Assembly: GCA_945870085.1 (NCBI GenBank)
Contig: CAMBQX010000002.1
Span: 1 to 37,824, forward strand
DNA from: Bifidobacterium breve
Lineage (GTDB): Bacteria; Actinomycetota; Actinomycetes; S36-B12
Length of the DNA stretch: 37,824 bases
Reading direction: 5' to 3'
Below are positions 10,191 to 20,139 of the stretch, piece by piece. The notes below the pieces were generated by a model. The model did no database searches and had not been told where the DNA came from. It worked only from the letters and a program-made list of their open reading frames with translations. Each line of letters starts with the position of its first letter. Within the stretch, counting starts at the first letter, position 1. The translations under genes and the position numbers were made by a program.

Positions 10191-11222
10191 ATGGAAATCG
10201 GTGTAGTACTGCAGTGCACTCCCCCAGCGGCACGAGTTATCGATCTAGCACGCCGCGCCGAAACGTACGGGTTCAGTCACGTGTGGACTTTCGACTCACA
10301 TATTTTGTGGGAGGAGCCCTACGTCATCTACAGCAAGATTCTTGATGAAACCCGCAAGGTAATTGTTGGTCCGATGGTCACCAACCCAGCAACCCGAGAC
10401 ATCACGGTTACTGCTTCCGTGTTTTCCACATTGAATGAGATGTATGGCAATCGCACTGTCATTGGAATTGGACGCGGTGACTCTGCGGTGCGGGTTACCA
10501 ATGGCAAGCCCGTTTCTGTCGCAGACCTTCGGCAGGCGGTGGTTGACCTCAAGGGCCTGGTGAACGGTGAGGCGATCGAGTACAACGGCAATAGCCTGCG
10601 ACTACCTTGGGCTGGAGCTAGTCGCACGGATGTCTATGTCGCGGCTTACGGGCCAAAAGTACTAGCTTTGACCGGCGAAGTGGGCGATGGCTTTATTCTC
10701 CAACTTGCGGACCCAGCAATTACGGAATGGACCATAAAAGCAGTTCGCGATGCCGCTGCTGCTGCTGGCCGCAACCCCGACGATATCTACATCTGCGTCG
10801 CAGCCCCCGCTTATGTCACCGATGGGTCACCAGGGGAACTGGCTCATGCCCGCGACCAACTGCGTTGGTTCGGCGGCATGGTAGGTAACCACGTCGCCGA
10901 CATCGTAGAGCGCTACGGTGAAACCGGAAGTGGTGTGCCGCAAGCGCTCACCGACTACATCAAAGAGCGCAAAGGGTACGACTACAACCATCACGGCAAG
11001 GCGAGTAATGACCACACCGATTTCGTCCCCGATGAGATCATTGACCGTTTCTGCATCATCGGTCCGCCAGCGGAGCAGGTGCGCCGTATTGAAGAACTCA
11101 AAGCTCTCGGCGTGGACCAATTCGCGGTTTATCTCCAGCACGATGACAAGGACGCTACTTTGGCGGCCTACGGCGCGAAGGTCATTCCCGCAATCCATGA
11201 CCATGTCCTAGCGACAAGTTAG
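10191..11222 (+). CDS. LLM-class (luciferase-like) oxidoreductase, probably F420-dependent (Mer-like)
   Basis: 343 aa. TIM-barrel LLM signature regions (GFSHVWTFDSH, VGPMVTNPATR, IGIGRGDSAVR, AAYGPKVLALTGEVGDGF). Starts 15 nt after mmsA on the same strand. Confidence 0.7.
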   Translation: MEIGVVLQCTPPAARVIDLARRAETYGFSHVWTFDSHILWEEPYVIYSKILDETRKVIVGPMVTNPATRDITVTASVFSTLNEMYGNRTVIGIGRGDSAVRVTNGKPVSVADLRQAVVDLKGLVNGEAIEYNGNSLRLPWAGASRTDVYVAAYGPKVLALTGEVGDGFILQLADPAITEWTIKAVRDAAAAAGRNPDDIYICVAAPAYVTDGSPGELAHARDQLRWFGGMVGNHVADIVERYGETGSGVPQALTDYIKERKGYDYNHHGKASNDHTDFVPDEIIDRFCIIGPPAEQVRRIEELKALGVDQFAVYLQHDDKDATLAAYGAKVIPAIHDHVLATS

Positions 11223-11338
11223 CAGGAGTGCAACCTTGGTAACCCGATTTCCTGTGGTGAGCAACCTGGGCCGCCGCGTCCGCCGAGTGCTTCTGGGGGC
11301 CCTTCCTCATAACTGCAACACGATTTGGGCCAATAACT

Positions 11339-12175
11339 TTAAGGCGCCGTAACGAAGTCGATTAACTCCTCAACTCGGCCGAGTAGCGATGGCTCCAAAT
11401 CGGAATACAAATTCACGCCACTTAGGATCTTGCGCCAGGCCATACCGGTGTCAACTTTCCACCCGAGGGCGTGGCACACACCTTCTTTCCAAGGTTGGCC
11501 TTTGTCGATAACCGGCCATTGGTTCATCCCGATAACCGCGGGTCGCACGGCTTGCCACACATCAACATAGGGATGGCCAAGTACCAAGACGTCACCACCG
11601 AATGCTGTCATGACCGCATCTGCGATTCGGGTCTCCTTTGAGCCAGGCACAAGGTGATCGAGTAAAATTCCGATTCGATGCGATTGATCTGGCTCAAACA
11701 CCTGCACTCGATTAAATGGTTCGTCGATCCCACCGAGGTGCTCAACCACGATCCCTTCGATTCTTAGGTCATCGCCCCATACTTTTTCAATCAACTCGGC
11801 ATCTTGGCTGCCTTCAACCCAAATCCGCGAACCGCGGGCCACCCGGGCCCGATGCAATGACGTGGCAACCGAGCCGGACGCCGTACGAAGGGGGCCGGAC
11901 AAACCTTTCGGAGTGACCGGACGCACGAGAGTAACAAGTTGGCCGTCTATCAAGAAAGCCGCCGGGCCCAGATCAAATGGGCGTCGACGCCCTTTGCCAT
12001 CTTCAAGGACAACCGCCCACCCGGATACTCCTTTATCCCAGCCAACCACCGCGCCGCACCAGCCCGAGGTTGCGCACTCAACAACTAGTTCGGGGTCGGC
12101 GACCACCGTCGGGATCTTGCGCTTTTTACTCTGCGGGTCGTCGGCAAGGACATCCTTGCCGTACCTATCACTCAC
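11339..12175 (-). CDS. Conserved actinobacterial hypothetical protein (DUF3097-like)
   Basis: 278-aa ORF with coding-like composition. The family assignment comes from memory of the N-terminal architecture only. Confidence 0.5.
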   Translation of the reverse strand: MSDRYGKDVLADDPQSKKRKIPTVVADPELVVECATSGWCGAVVGWDKGVSGWAVVLEDGKGRRRPFDLGPAAFLIDGQLVTLVRPVTPKGLSGPLRTASGSVATSLHRARVARGSRIWVEGSQDAELIEKVWGDDLRIEGIVVEHLGGIDEPFNRVQVFEPDQSHRIGILLDHLVPGSKETRIADAVMTAFGGDVLVLGHPYVDVWQAVRPAVIGMNQWPVIDKGQPWKEGVCHALGWKVDTGMAWRKILSGVNLYSDLEPSLLGRVEELIDFVTAP

Positions 12176-12182
12176 TAAGCGC

Positions 12183-13631
12183 CTAGCTATCTAGGTTCGC
12201 CATCACATGCTTAATCCGGGTGTAATCTTCGAACCCGTACATGGATAGATCTTTACCGTAGCCAGAATGCCGGAAACCACCATGGGGCATTTCAGCCACC
12301 AGTGGGATATGGGTGTTGATCCAGACGCAACCGAAATTCAAGCCCTTAGCCATGCGCATGGCTCGGCCGAAATCCTTGGTCCAAACCGATGAGGCGAGGC
12401 CATAAGGCACGCCATTTGCCCACTTCAAAGCTTCGGCTTCATCGGAGAACTTCTGTACGGTAATAACTGGACCAAAAATCTCGTTTTGGATCATTTCATC
12501 ATCTTGCTTCAGGTTAGCAATCACGGTCGGCTCGATGTAGTAACCACGATCACCTTGCCGGTTACCTCCAACAACTACTGAAGCATGGCCCGGGGTGCGC
12601 TCAATGAAGCCGAGGACGCGTTCCATCTGGCTGACATTGTTGACGGGTGGGACGAGTGCATCGCCCCCTGGACCATCAGCAAAGGTGGTCAAAGTGGCCT
12701 TGGCCTGCTCTGCCAAAGCTGCGACAAAGTCGTCATAAATAGCAGGGCCGACGATCATGCGTGTTGCCGCGGTGCAATCTTGACCGGCGTTGAAATAACC
12801 GGCTACCGCGAGCCACTCGGCAGCAGCTTCAACGTCTGCATCGTCGAAGATCACGACCGGGGCTTTTCCACCGAGTTCAAGGTGGACGCGCTTTACGTCG
12901 CGTGCCGCTGATTCAGCCACCTGCATGCCCGCGCGCACCGACCCCGTAATTGCGACCATCTGTGGGGTCTTGTGCTCAACTAATGCACGACCGGTATCGC
13001 GATCACCGCATATAACATTCATTACACCCGGCGGCAGTGCACCGGACTCGGCGATGATCTCGGCCATACGAACGGTGCTAACAGGAGTGGTATCACTGGG
13101 CTTCAGCACCACGGTGTTACCAGCAGCAATTGCCGGTACGTACTTCCAGACCGCCATCAACATCGGGTAGTTCCACGGTGTCACCTGACCAATTACTCCA
13201 ATGGGCTCACGGCGAATTATTGAGGTGAAGCCCTTGGCGTACTCCCCCGCTGCCCGGCCTTCCAGCACCCGGGCGGCGCCGGCGAAGAAGCGGATCTGGT
13301 CGATCATCGGCGGGATCTCTTCTGAGGCGGTCACTCCTATCGGCTTTCCGGTGTTCTCGCTTTCCAGGGCGACCAATTCATCGGCATGGGCCTCGAAAGC
13401 ATCAGCAATTGTCAGGAGTGCTTTTTGTCGCTCCGATGGGGTTGAGTTGCTCCAAATTTCAAAAGCGGCATCGGCCGCTACATATGCGCGGTCCACATCG
13501 GTCGCACTAGAGACCGGGGCCGAAGCAAAAACTTCGCCGGTGGACGGGTTAATCAGATCACTCGTGCGACCATCGGCCGCATCTACACTTTCACCGTTAA
13601 CAAAATTGTGCAGGGACCGTTTGCCGCTCAC
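12183..13631 (-). CDS. NAD(P)-dependent aldehyde dehydrogenase (gamma-aminobutyraldehyde/betaine-aldehyde dehydrogenase-like), paralog of 4053-5555
   Basis: ALDH motifs [21 protein letters not shown] and EIFGPV. I prefer the GTG at 13631, with GGGAG 5 nt upstream. The maximal ORF starts at the TTG at 13655, which has no SD. Confidence 0.85.
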   Translation of the reverse strand: MSGKRSLHNFVNGESVDAADGRTSDLINPSTGEVFASAPVSSATDVDRAYVAADAAFEIWSNSTPSERQKALLTIADAFEAHADELVALESENTGKPIGVTASEEIPPMIDQIRFFAGAARVLEGRAAGEYAKGFTSIIRREPIGVIGQVTPWNYPMLMAVWKYVPAIAAGNTVVLKPSDTTPVSTVRMAEIIAESGALPPGVMNVICGDRDTGRALVEHKTPQMVAITGSVRAGMQVAESAARDVKRVHLELGGKAPVVIFDDADVEAAAEWLAVAGYFNAGQDCTAATRMIVGPAIYDDFVAALAEQAKATLTTFADGPGGDALVPPVNNVSQMERVLGFIERTPGHASVVVGGNRQGDRGYYIEPTVIANLKQDDEMIQNEIFGPVITVQKFSDEAEALKWANGVPYGLASSVWTKDFGRAMRMAKGLNFGCVWINTHIPLVAEMPHGGFRHSGYGKDLSMYGFEDYTRIKHVMANLDS

Positions 13632-13798
13632 GTGAACTCCCAGGGTTGGGGACAAATAATGGGGGATTGTCGAGTTGCCGGCAGCCTAGTACCCAGGCAC
13701 CGTTTTCGGTAGTCCAATTGGGTGCTGGCTACGGATTTCGTAGTTTAATCCCGAAACAGCCACTAAATCACTTGCCAAATCCCCGCTAATGGGACACG

Positions 13799-14278
13799 AT
13801 GCTCAATATGCCCACCCGTGAGCGAGGGAGCGCCACCCTCGACGATGTCTCCAAGGCCATCATTGAGCAGCTCCAGCAGGACGGTCGCCGGCCCTACGCC
13901 ACCATCGGTAAAGCGGTCGGCCTATCGGAGGCCGCTGTTAGGCAGCGGGTTCAAAGGCTCCAAGACACCGGGGTCATGCAAATTGTCGCGATCACCGATC
14001 CCGTGCAAATGGGCTTCACAAGTGCCGCCATGATCGGGGTCCGCGTTGACGGTGACATTGAATTGGTCGCCAAAAAAATGGAATTAATGCCCGAGGTTGA
14101 TTACCTAGTGGTCTGCGCGGGGTCTTTCGATATCTTGGCCGAGGTCATAACCGAAGATGACGACCACCTTCTCGAGGTCATAAACAGGCACGTCCGCGCC
14201 ATACCCGGCGTGCGATCAACCGAGACATTCGTCTACCTAAAACTACGCAAGCAGATCTACACCTGGGGGAAAAGATGA
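13799..14278 (+). CDS. Lrp/AsnC family transcriptional regulator
   Basis: 159 aa. N-terminal HTH (IIEQLQQDGRRPYATIGKAVGLSEAAVRQRVQRL) plus a RAM/AsnC_trans_reg domain. Divergent from the ALDH, and overlaps the aminotransferase start by ATGA. Confidence 0.9.
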   Translation: MLNMPTRERGSATLDDVSKAIIEQLQQDGRRPYATIGKAVGLSEAAVRQRVQRLQDTGVMQIVAITDPVQMGFTSAAMIGVRVDGDIELVAKKMELMPEVDYLVVCAGSFDILAEVITEDDDHLLEVINRHVRAIPGVRSTETFVYLKLRKQIYTWGKR

Positions 14279-15675
14279 CAGCTACAACGCAATACCTGAT
14301 CGAGCCGGGCAATGACCGTATGGCCAACTCGGCGCGCGACCACCTTTGGATGCACTTCACTCGGCACTCCTCATATTACGAGGGCGGCCACGTGCCCGTC
14401 ATTGTCAAAGGTGACGGCGCCTATATTTGGGATGACCACGGCAAAAAGTACTTCGACGGGCTTTCCGGGCTGTTCGTGGTGCAGGTCGGACACGGTCGCC
14501 GGGAACTTGCTGCTGTCGGCGCCAAACAAGCTGAAGAACTGGCTTTCTTCCCGATTTGGTCCTATGCACATCCGCGCGCCATTGAACTTGCCGAGCGTCT
14601 TGCCCACTACGCACCCGGTGATCTAAATCGTGTTTTCTTCACCACCGGTGGTGGTGAAGCTGTCGAAACCGCCTGGAAGCTTGCGAAGCAATTTTTCAAA
14701 CTCACCGGCAAACCCACGAAGCACAAAGTCATCAGCCGGGCTATCGCCTACCACGGAACTCCGCAGGGGGCCTTATCGATTACCGGTATCCCCGATGCCA
14801 AGATTCCATTTGAACCACTTGTTCCGGGCGCGGTTAAAGTTCCTAATACCAACTTTTATCGCGCCGAGGAGGAGTACCGACACGACGAGAAACTCTTTGG
14901 CCTGTGGGCCGCCAACCGCATTGCCGAAGCCATCGAATTCGAAGGCCCTGACAGCGTCGCCGCGGTCTTCGTTGAGCCGGTTCAGAACTCCGGGGGTTGC
15001 TTCCCTCCACCACCCGGGTACCTGGAGCGGGTGCGCGAGATCTGCGATCAATACGACGTCTTGATGGTTGCCGATGAAACGATCACCGCATTCGGACGCA
15101 TCGGTGACATGTTCGCGATGAATCGCTTTGGAGTTACCCCGGACATCATCACCTGCGCCAAGGGCATGTCATCGGGCTACTCCGCCATCGGTGCCATGAT
15201 TGCAAGTGAGCGACTCTTCGAGCCCTTCAAACACGGAACCACGTCATTCCTACACGGCTACACCTGGGGTGGCCATCCGGTTGCGGCAGCCGTGGCACTG
15301 GCAAACCTTGATCTTTTTGAGTCCGAGGGCATTAACGAGCATGTGCTGGCGAATGAAGGCAACTTCCGGCGCACCCTCGACAAACTAAATGATCTACCGA
15401 TTGTCGGCGATGTCCGTGGAGCCGGCTACTTCTACGGAATTGAACTAGTTAAGGACAAAGTCACCCGCGAGACTTTTAATGACGATGAGGCCGAACGTTT
15501 GCTGCGTGGGTTTTTATCAAAAGCACTCTTCGATAACGGGCTTTACTGCCGGGCCGATGACCGCGGCGACCCGGTAGTGCAACTCGCTCCACCTCTCACC
15601 TGCGGGCAAAAGGAGTTTGACGAAATCGAAGGCATATTGCGCTCGGTGCTAACCGAAGCTTGGTCAGTGCTGTGA
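14275..15675 (+). CDS. Class-III (omega) aminotransferase, beta-alanine/putrescine-type
   Basis: 466 aa. PLP fold-type I class III features: GGGEAVE, DEVITAFGR-like ADETITAFGRIG, and the Schiff-base Lys in TCAKGMSSGY. Confidence 0.9.
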   Translation: MTATTQYLIEPGNDRMANSARDHLWMHFTRHSSYYEGGHVPVIVKGDGAYIWDDHGKKYFDGLSGLFVVQVGHGRRELAAVGAKQAEELAFFPIWSYAHPRAIELAERLAHYAPGDLNRVFFTTGGGEAVETAWKLAKQFFKLTGKPTKHKVISRAIAYHGTPQGALSITGIPDAKIPFEPLVPGAVKVPNTNFYRAEEEYRHDEKLFGLWAANRIAEAIEFEGPDSVAAVFVEPVQNSGGCFPPPPGYLERVREICDQYDVLMVADETITAFGRIGDMFAMNRFGVTPDIITCAKGMSSGYSAIGAMIASERLFEPFKHGTTSFLHGYTWGGHPVAAAVALANLDLFESEGINEHVLANEGNFRRTLDKLNDLPIVGDVRGAGYFYGIELVKDKVTRETFNDDEAERLLRGFLSKALFDNGLYCRADDRGDPVVQLAPPLTCGQKEFDEIEGILRSVLTEAWSVL

Positions 15676-16352
15676 GCCCCGCAGAGTTCCAAGCACCTGG
15701 TTCCACCGAGCGAACTAGGGGGCGCCGAATACCTGAGAATTCGGTAACCGAGACCGCTGCTTTGCATCAAGTACTTGATGCCGGTTTGGTCGCGCACCTT
15801 GCCGTGGTCGACGAAGCCGGGCAGCCGTATGTGCTCCCGGTGGCGTACGCGAGGCGTGGTGAGCAAGTACTGTTTCACGGATCCACCGGCTCAAGACTTT
15901 TCCGGGGGCTGGCAGCCGGACAGCCCACCTGCCTAACCGTCACCTTGCTCGACGGGCTAGTTCTGGCACGAAGTGCTTTCGAATCAAGCATGAACTATCG
16001 CTCGGCCATGATCCTTGGTGTAGCTACTCAATTACGCGGTGACGATGAACTCGATGCGCTGGCATGTATCACCGAGCATCTGTTACCCGGGCGCTGGTCG
16101 GAGTGCCGTCACCCATCAGCTAAAGAACGGGCGGCGACCTTGACACTGGCCCTTGACCTAAACGAATGTTCGGTCAAGATCCGAACTGGTGGGCCCGATG
16201 ATGATCCCGCGGATTTACTTGATCCAGTTTTCAGTCAAATCTGGGCGGGTGAAGTACCCCTTCAATCGATCTTCGCCGCTCCGATCGCCGACGAGAACAC
16301 CCCAACGACGATCAACGTGCCCGAGTACATCACCAAGTGGCAGCGCCCGTGA
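15672..16352 (+). CDS. Pyridoxamine 5'-phosphate oxidase family (FMN/F420-binding split-barrel) protein
   Basis: GTG at 15672 overlaps the aminotransferase stop (GTGA); an alternative TTG lies at 15660. PNPOx-like core LAVVDEAGQPYVLPVAYARRGEQVLFHGSTGSR. Confidence 0.65.
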   Translation: MSPAEFQAPGSTERTRGRRIPENSVTETAALHQVLDAGLVAHLAVVDEAGQPYVLPVAYARRGEQVLFHGSTGSRLFRGLAAGQPTCLTVTLLDGLVLARSAFESSMNYRSAMILGVATQLRGDDELDALACITEHLLPGRWSECRHPSAKERAATLTLALDLNECSVKIRTGGPDDDPADLLDPVFSQIWAGEVPLQSIFAAPIADENTPTTINVPEYITKWQRP

Positions 16353-17743
16353 CACAAAATCCCGCTGAACTTTCAATGTGGTGGAATACTTTGCCCCCCG
16401 AACTTTTAGCACCCATCGGGTCTCCGCTCCCCGGAGATGCAGCTGCCGATATCGCGATAGTTGGTGCTGGCTATACCGGACTCTGGACGGCTTATTACCT
16501 ACTCAAGGCTGACCCCTCTTTAAGGGTTGTCATCGTGGAAGCCAACTACGCTGGATTTGGTGCGAGCGGTCGCAATGGAGGTTGGGTTTCTGCCCTTTTC
16601 CCCGCGGGGTTGAACGCCCTGGCCCGGGCCAGTTCGCGGTCGGACGCAGTGCGCATGAAACGCGCCATGTTTGAGACCGTAGCCGAAATCGGGAGGGTCG
16701 CGAATGCACAGGCTTGGGATATTGAGTGGGAGCAGGGCGGTACCGTCGTGCTCGCTCGCACACCACTGCAGCTGGAAAGTGCCCGCGCCGAGATAGCCGA
16801 CTACCGCACCTGGGGTTTTGGTGAAGACGACTACGCGCTACTTGATGCAGGTGAGGCAAAAGCCCGGCTCAACGCCACCGATGTACTTGGCGCAACTTTC
16901 ACTCCCCACTGTGCAGCTATTAACCCCGCTCGATTGGTGCGCAACTTGGCTCGCACGGTAAACGAAATGGGTGCCACTTTTTATGAAGACACCAAGGTCG
17001 AGTCCATCGAGCCGGGTATCTTGCGCACCGGCCGCGGTTCGATTCGCGCCGAAGTCATCGTGCGGGCAACCGAGGGTTACACCCCTTCCCTCACGGGTGA
17101 AAAACGCACCCTGGCTCCTGTCTATTCATTGATGCTTGCAACCGAACCACTTAGTGAATCTCTTTGGGAGAAAATTGGCTTGCGGGCCCGCGAAACTTTT
17201 AGCGATGGGCGCCACTTAGTCATTTATGGGCAGCGCACCGCCGACGGCCGAATAGCCTTCGGTGGCCGAGGCGCTCCGTATTTCTTTGGCTCCAAGATCA
17301 CTCCCGCCCAAGATCGCAACCCGCAGGTGCACGCGGGTCTTTGGCGTGTCCTGACCGATCTCTTTCCAGCAATTAGTGATGCCCGAGTCACGCACACTTG
17401 GGGTGGCCCCCTAGGCATCGCAAGGGACTGGTGGGCCTCCTGCGGATTTGACCGAACCACCGGCTTCGCCTGGGCCGGTGGTTATGTCGGCGATGGTGTC
17501 GCAACCACCAATTTGGCGGGCCGCACATTAACCGAATTGATCACCGGCGCCCCGATGGGGGCTGGCGACCTCACCAGCTTGCCCTGGGTGAACCACCGCT
17601 CCCCTAAGTGGGAGCCGGAACCGATGCGTTGGCTGGCAACGAACTTGGCGCTGCGGGCAATTTCCAGTGCCGATACAGTGGAAAACCGCACCGGGCGGCC
17701 CTCCCGCCGGGCCGCCGTGCTGGCCCGAAAGATCGGCCACTAG
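16349..17743 (+). CDS. FAD-dependent oxidoreductase (DAO family, gamma-glutamylputrescine-oxidase-like)
   Basis: GTG at 16349 overlaps the upstream stop (GTGA); the maximal ORF starts at 16337. Rossmann dinucleotide motif IAIVGAGYTGLWTA. Confidence 0.8.
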   Translation: MTQNPAELSMWWNTLPPELLAPIGSPLPGDAAADIAIVGAGYTGLWTAYYLLKADPSLRVVIVEANYAGFGASGRNGGWVSALFPAGLNALARASSRSDAVRMKRAMFETVAEIGRVANAQAWDIEWEQGGTVVLARTPLQLESARAEIADYRTWGFGEDDYALLDAGEAKARLNATDVLGATFTPHCAAINPARLVRNLARTVNEMGATFYEDTKVESIEPGILRTGRGSIRAEVIVRATEGYTPSLTGEKRTLAPVYSLMLATEPLSESLWEKIGLRARETFSDGRHLVIYGQRTADGRIAFGGRGAPYFFGSKITPAQDRNPQVHAGLWRVLTDLFPAISDARVTHTWGGPLGIARDWWASCGFDRTTGFAWAGGYVGDGVATTNLAGRTLTELITGAPMGAGDLTSLPWVNHRSPKWEPEPMRWLATNLALRAISSADTVENRTGRPSRRAAVLARKIGH

Positions 17744-17752
17744 TTCGGCAGG

Positions 17753-17783
17753 ATTGTATCCAATCTGCTAGATTGAATACAAT
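17753..17783. promoter_or_regulatory. 31-bp near-perfect palindrome (candidate operator) overlapping a sigma-A-like promoter upstream of gcdH
   Basis: ATTGTATCCAATCT-gct-AGATTGAATACAAT: 14-nt arms with one mismatch. TACAAT (17778-17783) is a good -10. TTGTAT (17754-17759) is a -35-like hexamer 18 nt upstream. The gcdH start codon is at 17825. Confidence 0.5.
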
Positions 17784-17824
17784 ATGGAGCCGGACCCCCC
17801 CAAGCCAAGAAGGCAGGAGCCGCC

Positions 17825-19000
17825 ATGAACAAGTCACCACAGCACCCATTCGAACTCTTCGCGATCGATCACCTACTTTCCGAGGAGGAGCGAGCAATCC
17901 GTGATGTCGTCCGCACTTATGTCGATGCGCAGATCAGGCCGCGGATAGCTGATTGGTTCGAAACCGGTGAAATCCCGGCCCGGGAGCTGGCACTAGAACT
18001 CGGTGGGCTCGGAGTTTTGGGGATGCACTTGGAAGGTTACGACTGCGCCGGCACCTCGGCGGTGACATATGGCCTGGCCTGCCTTGAATTAGAAGCCGGC
18101 GACTCGGGACTGCGTTCATTAGTTAGTGTGCAGGGCTCCTTGGCAATGTACGCGATCCACGCCTTTGGCTCCGAGGAGCAAAAGTCCATGTGGCTGCCGC
18201 AAATGGCCGCCGGCGCGGCCATTGGTTGCTTTGGACTCACCGAGGCAGACTTTGGGTCCAACCCCTCGGGTATGCGCACTAACGCCAAGCGCGATGGTGA
18301 CGATTGGATCCTCAACGGGTCGAAAATGTGGATCACCAATGGGAATGTTGCTGATGTTGCCGTGGTTTGGGCTCAGACCGACGATGGTATTCGCGGCTTC
18401 GTGGTGCCCACCAACTCCCCCGGCTTCGTGGCCAATGCGATCCACAAGAAGATGTCGTTGCGCGCATCGGTGACAAGTGAATTGGTATTCACTGATATCA
18501 GGTTGCCTGGTGATGCGATTCTTCCCGGCGTCAAGGGACTCAAAGGCCCACTGTCCTGCCTCAATGAAGCCAGATTTGGCATTATCTTCGGCACCATGGG
18601 CGCTGCAAGGGACTGCCTCGAAACCGCTATCTCCTACTCAATTGATAGAGAGCAATTCGACAAGCCGATTGCCGGTTTCCAACTCACCCAAAAGAAGCTC
18701 GCTGATATGGCCGTTGAACTGGGTAAAGGCACTTTGCTCGCACTGCACCTCGGGCGCCTTAAAGATCAGCATCTCATCCGCCCAGAGCAGGTGAGCATCG
18801 GTAAATTGAATAACGCGCGGGAGGCATTAAATATCGCGCGTGAGTGCCGCGGCATTCTTGGTGGCAACGGCATCACCCTCGAATATCCAATTATCCGACA
18901 CATGAACAACCTCGAGTCGGTGTATACCTACGAGGGCACGAACGAGATGCACACTCTCGTAGTCGGTGAAGCACTTACCGGAATCGCGGCTTACCGCTAA
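17825..19000 (+). CDS. gcdH: Glutaryl-CoA dehydrogenase
   Basis: 391 aa. Agrees with remembered GCDH sequence over long stretches (GVLG..EGY.CAG.S.V.YGL...ELE..DSG.RS..SVQSSL, GCFGLTE...GS.PS.M.T, WITN). Catalytic YEGT motif present. Confidence 0.9.
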   Translation: MNKSPQHPFELFAIDHLLSEEERAIRDVVRTYVDAQIRPRIADWFETGEIPARELALELGGLGVLGMHLEGYDCAGTSAVTYGLACLELEAGDSGLRSLVSVQGSLAMYAIHAFGSEEQKSMWLPQMAAGAAIGCFGLTEADFGSNPSGMRTNAKRDGDDWILNGSKMWITNGNVADVAVVWAQTDDGIRGFVVPTNSPGFVANAIHKKMSLRASVTSELVFTDIRLPGDAILPGVKGLKGPLSCLNEARFGIIFGTMGAARDCLETAISYSIDREQFDKPIAGFQLTQKKLADMAVELGKGTLLALHLGRLKDQHLIRPEQVSIGKLNNAREALNIARECRGILGGNGITLEYPIIRHMNNLESVYTYEGTNEMHTLVVGEALTGIAAYR

Positions 19001-20139
19001 TGCTCGGTGCACTTGACGGTGTACTGGTAGCAGATTTCTCGCGGGTGCTTGCGGGGCCGTACGCATCGATGCTGCTCGCTGACCTTGGCGCGACCGTTAT
19101 CAAGGTCGAACGACCAGGAGCCGGCGATGACACTCGAGCCTGGGGGCCCCCTTATGCACCAGATGGGCAATCTACCTACTTCCACGCAGTCAACCGCAAT
19201 AAACGATCACTCGCATTAGATATTGGTGCACCCAAAGATCAGCTGATCGCCCAAAACTTGGCAAAACGCGCCGACATCGTCTTGGAGAATTTTAAGCCCG
19301 GGGCCCTAGCCCGTTACGGTCTTGACTACCAAGCGGTCAGCGCAACTAACCCCGCTGTCATCTACTGCTCGATTAGTGGATTCGGTTCGGGTGCGGGGGT
19401 CGAGTTGCCAGGGTATGACCTACTCGTGCAAGCGATGGGTGGGTTAATGAGCATCACCGGTACCAGCGAACCCACCAAAGCCGGAGTCGCTGTCGTTGAT
19501 GTTCTAACCGGCTTGCATGGCGCGGTTGCCATGCTCGCGGCCCTGCGCCATCGCGAGCTAACCGGGCAAGGTCAAAACATCGAGGTTTCACTCTTATCCA
19601 GCCTTTTGTCGTCGCTGGTTAATCAGGCATCTGGCTACGTTGGCGCTGGGGTGGTGCCTACCTACATGGGTAATGCACATCCGTCGATTTCACCCTACGA
19701 GGTTTATCAAAGCGCCGACCGGCCAATTGTCATTGCGGTCGGAAATGACGGTCAATTCATGGCACTTGCCGGAGCCATTAGCCGACCGGCACTTGCCAGC
19801 GATCCGCGCTTCGTCACGAACCCCATGAGGGTCGCAAACCGGTCAGCATTGGCGGTCGAATTGACCGCGGTTTTGGGAACCCACGGCGCCGAACATTGGC
19901 AACGGCTCATCGCGGCTGCCGGGGTGCCATGTGGTCCGATCAACGACATCTCCCAAGCGTTCAAGCTGGCCACCGACCTTGGGCTTGACCCAATCGCCGT
20001 GATCAACAAGAACGGTGAGTCAGTTGCTCAGGTCGCAAACCCGGTCCACTATTCAGCGACCCCGGTCACCTATCGCCTCGCCCCCCCGACCGTTGGCCAA
20101 GATAACGCCGCTCTCATCACCGAATTTGGCCTGGCATGA
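19000..20139 (+). CDS. Family III CoA-transferase (CaiB/BaiF; succinyl-CoA:glutarate CoA-transferase-like)
   Basis: 379 aa. Typical N-terminus LDGVLVADFSRVLAGPYASMLLADLGATVIKVERP..GDDTR. Start overlaps the gcdH stop (TAATG). Confidence 0.9.
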   Translation: MLGALDGVLVADFSRVLAGPYASMLLADLGATVIKVERPGAGDDTRAWGPPYAPDGQSTYFHAVNRNKRSLALDIGAPKDQLIAQNLAKRADIVLENFKPGALARYGLDYQAVSATNPAVIYCSISGFGSGAGVELPGYDLLVQAMGGLMSITGTSEPTKAGVAVVDVLTGLHGAVAMLAALRHRELTGQGQNIEVSLLSSLLSSLVNQASGYVGAGVVPTYMGNAHPSISPYEVYQSADRPIVIAVGNDGQFMALAGAISRPALASDPRFVTNPMRVANRSALAVELTAVLGTHGAEHWQRLIAAAGVPCGPINDISQAFKLATDLGLDPIAVINKNGESVAQVANPVHYSATPVTYRLAPPTVGQDNAALITEFGLA

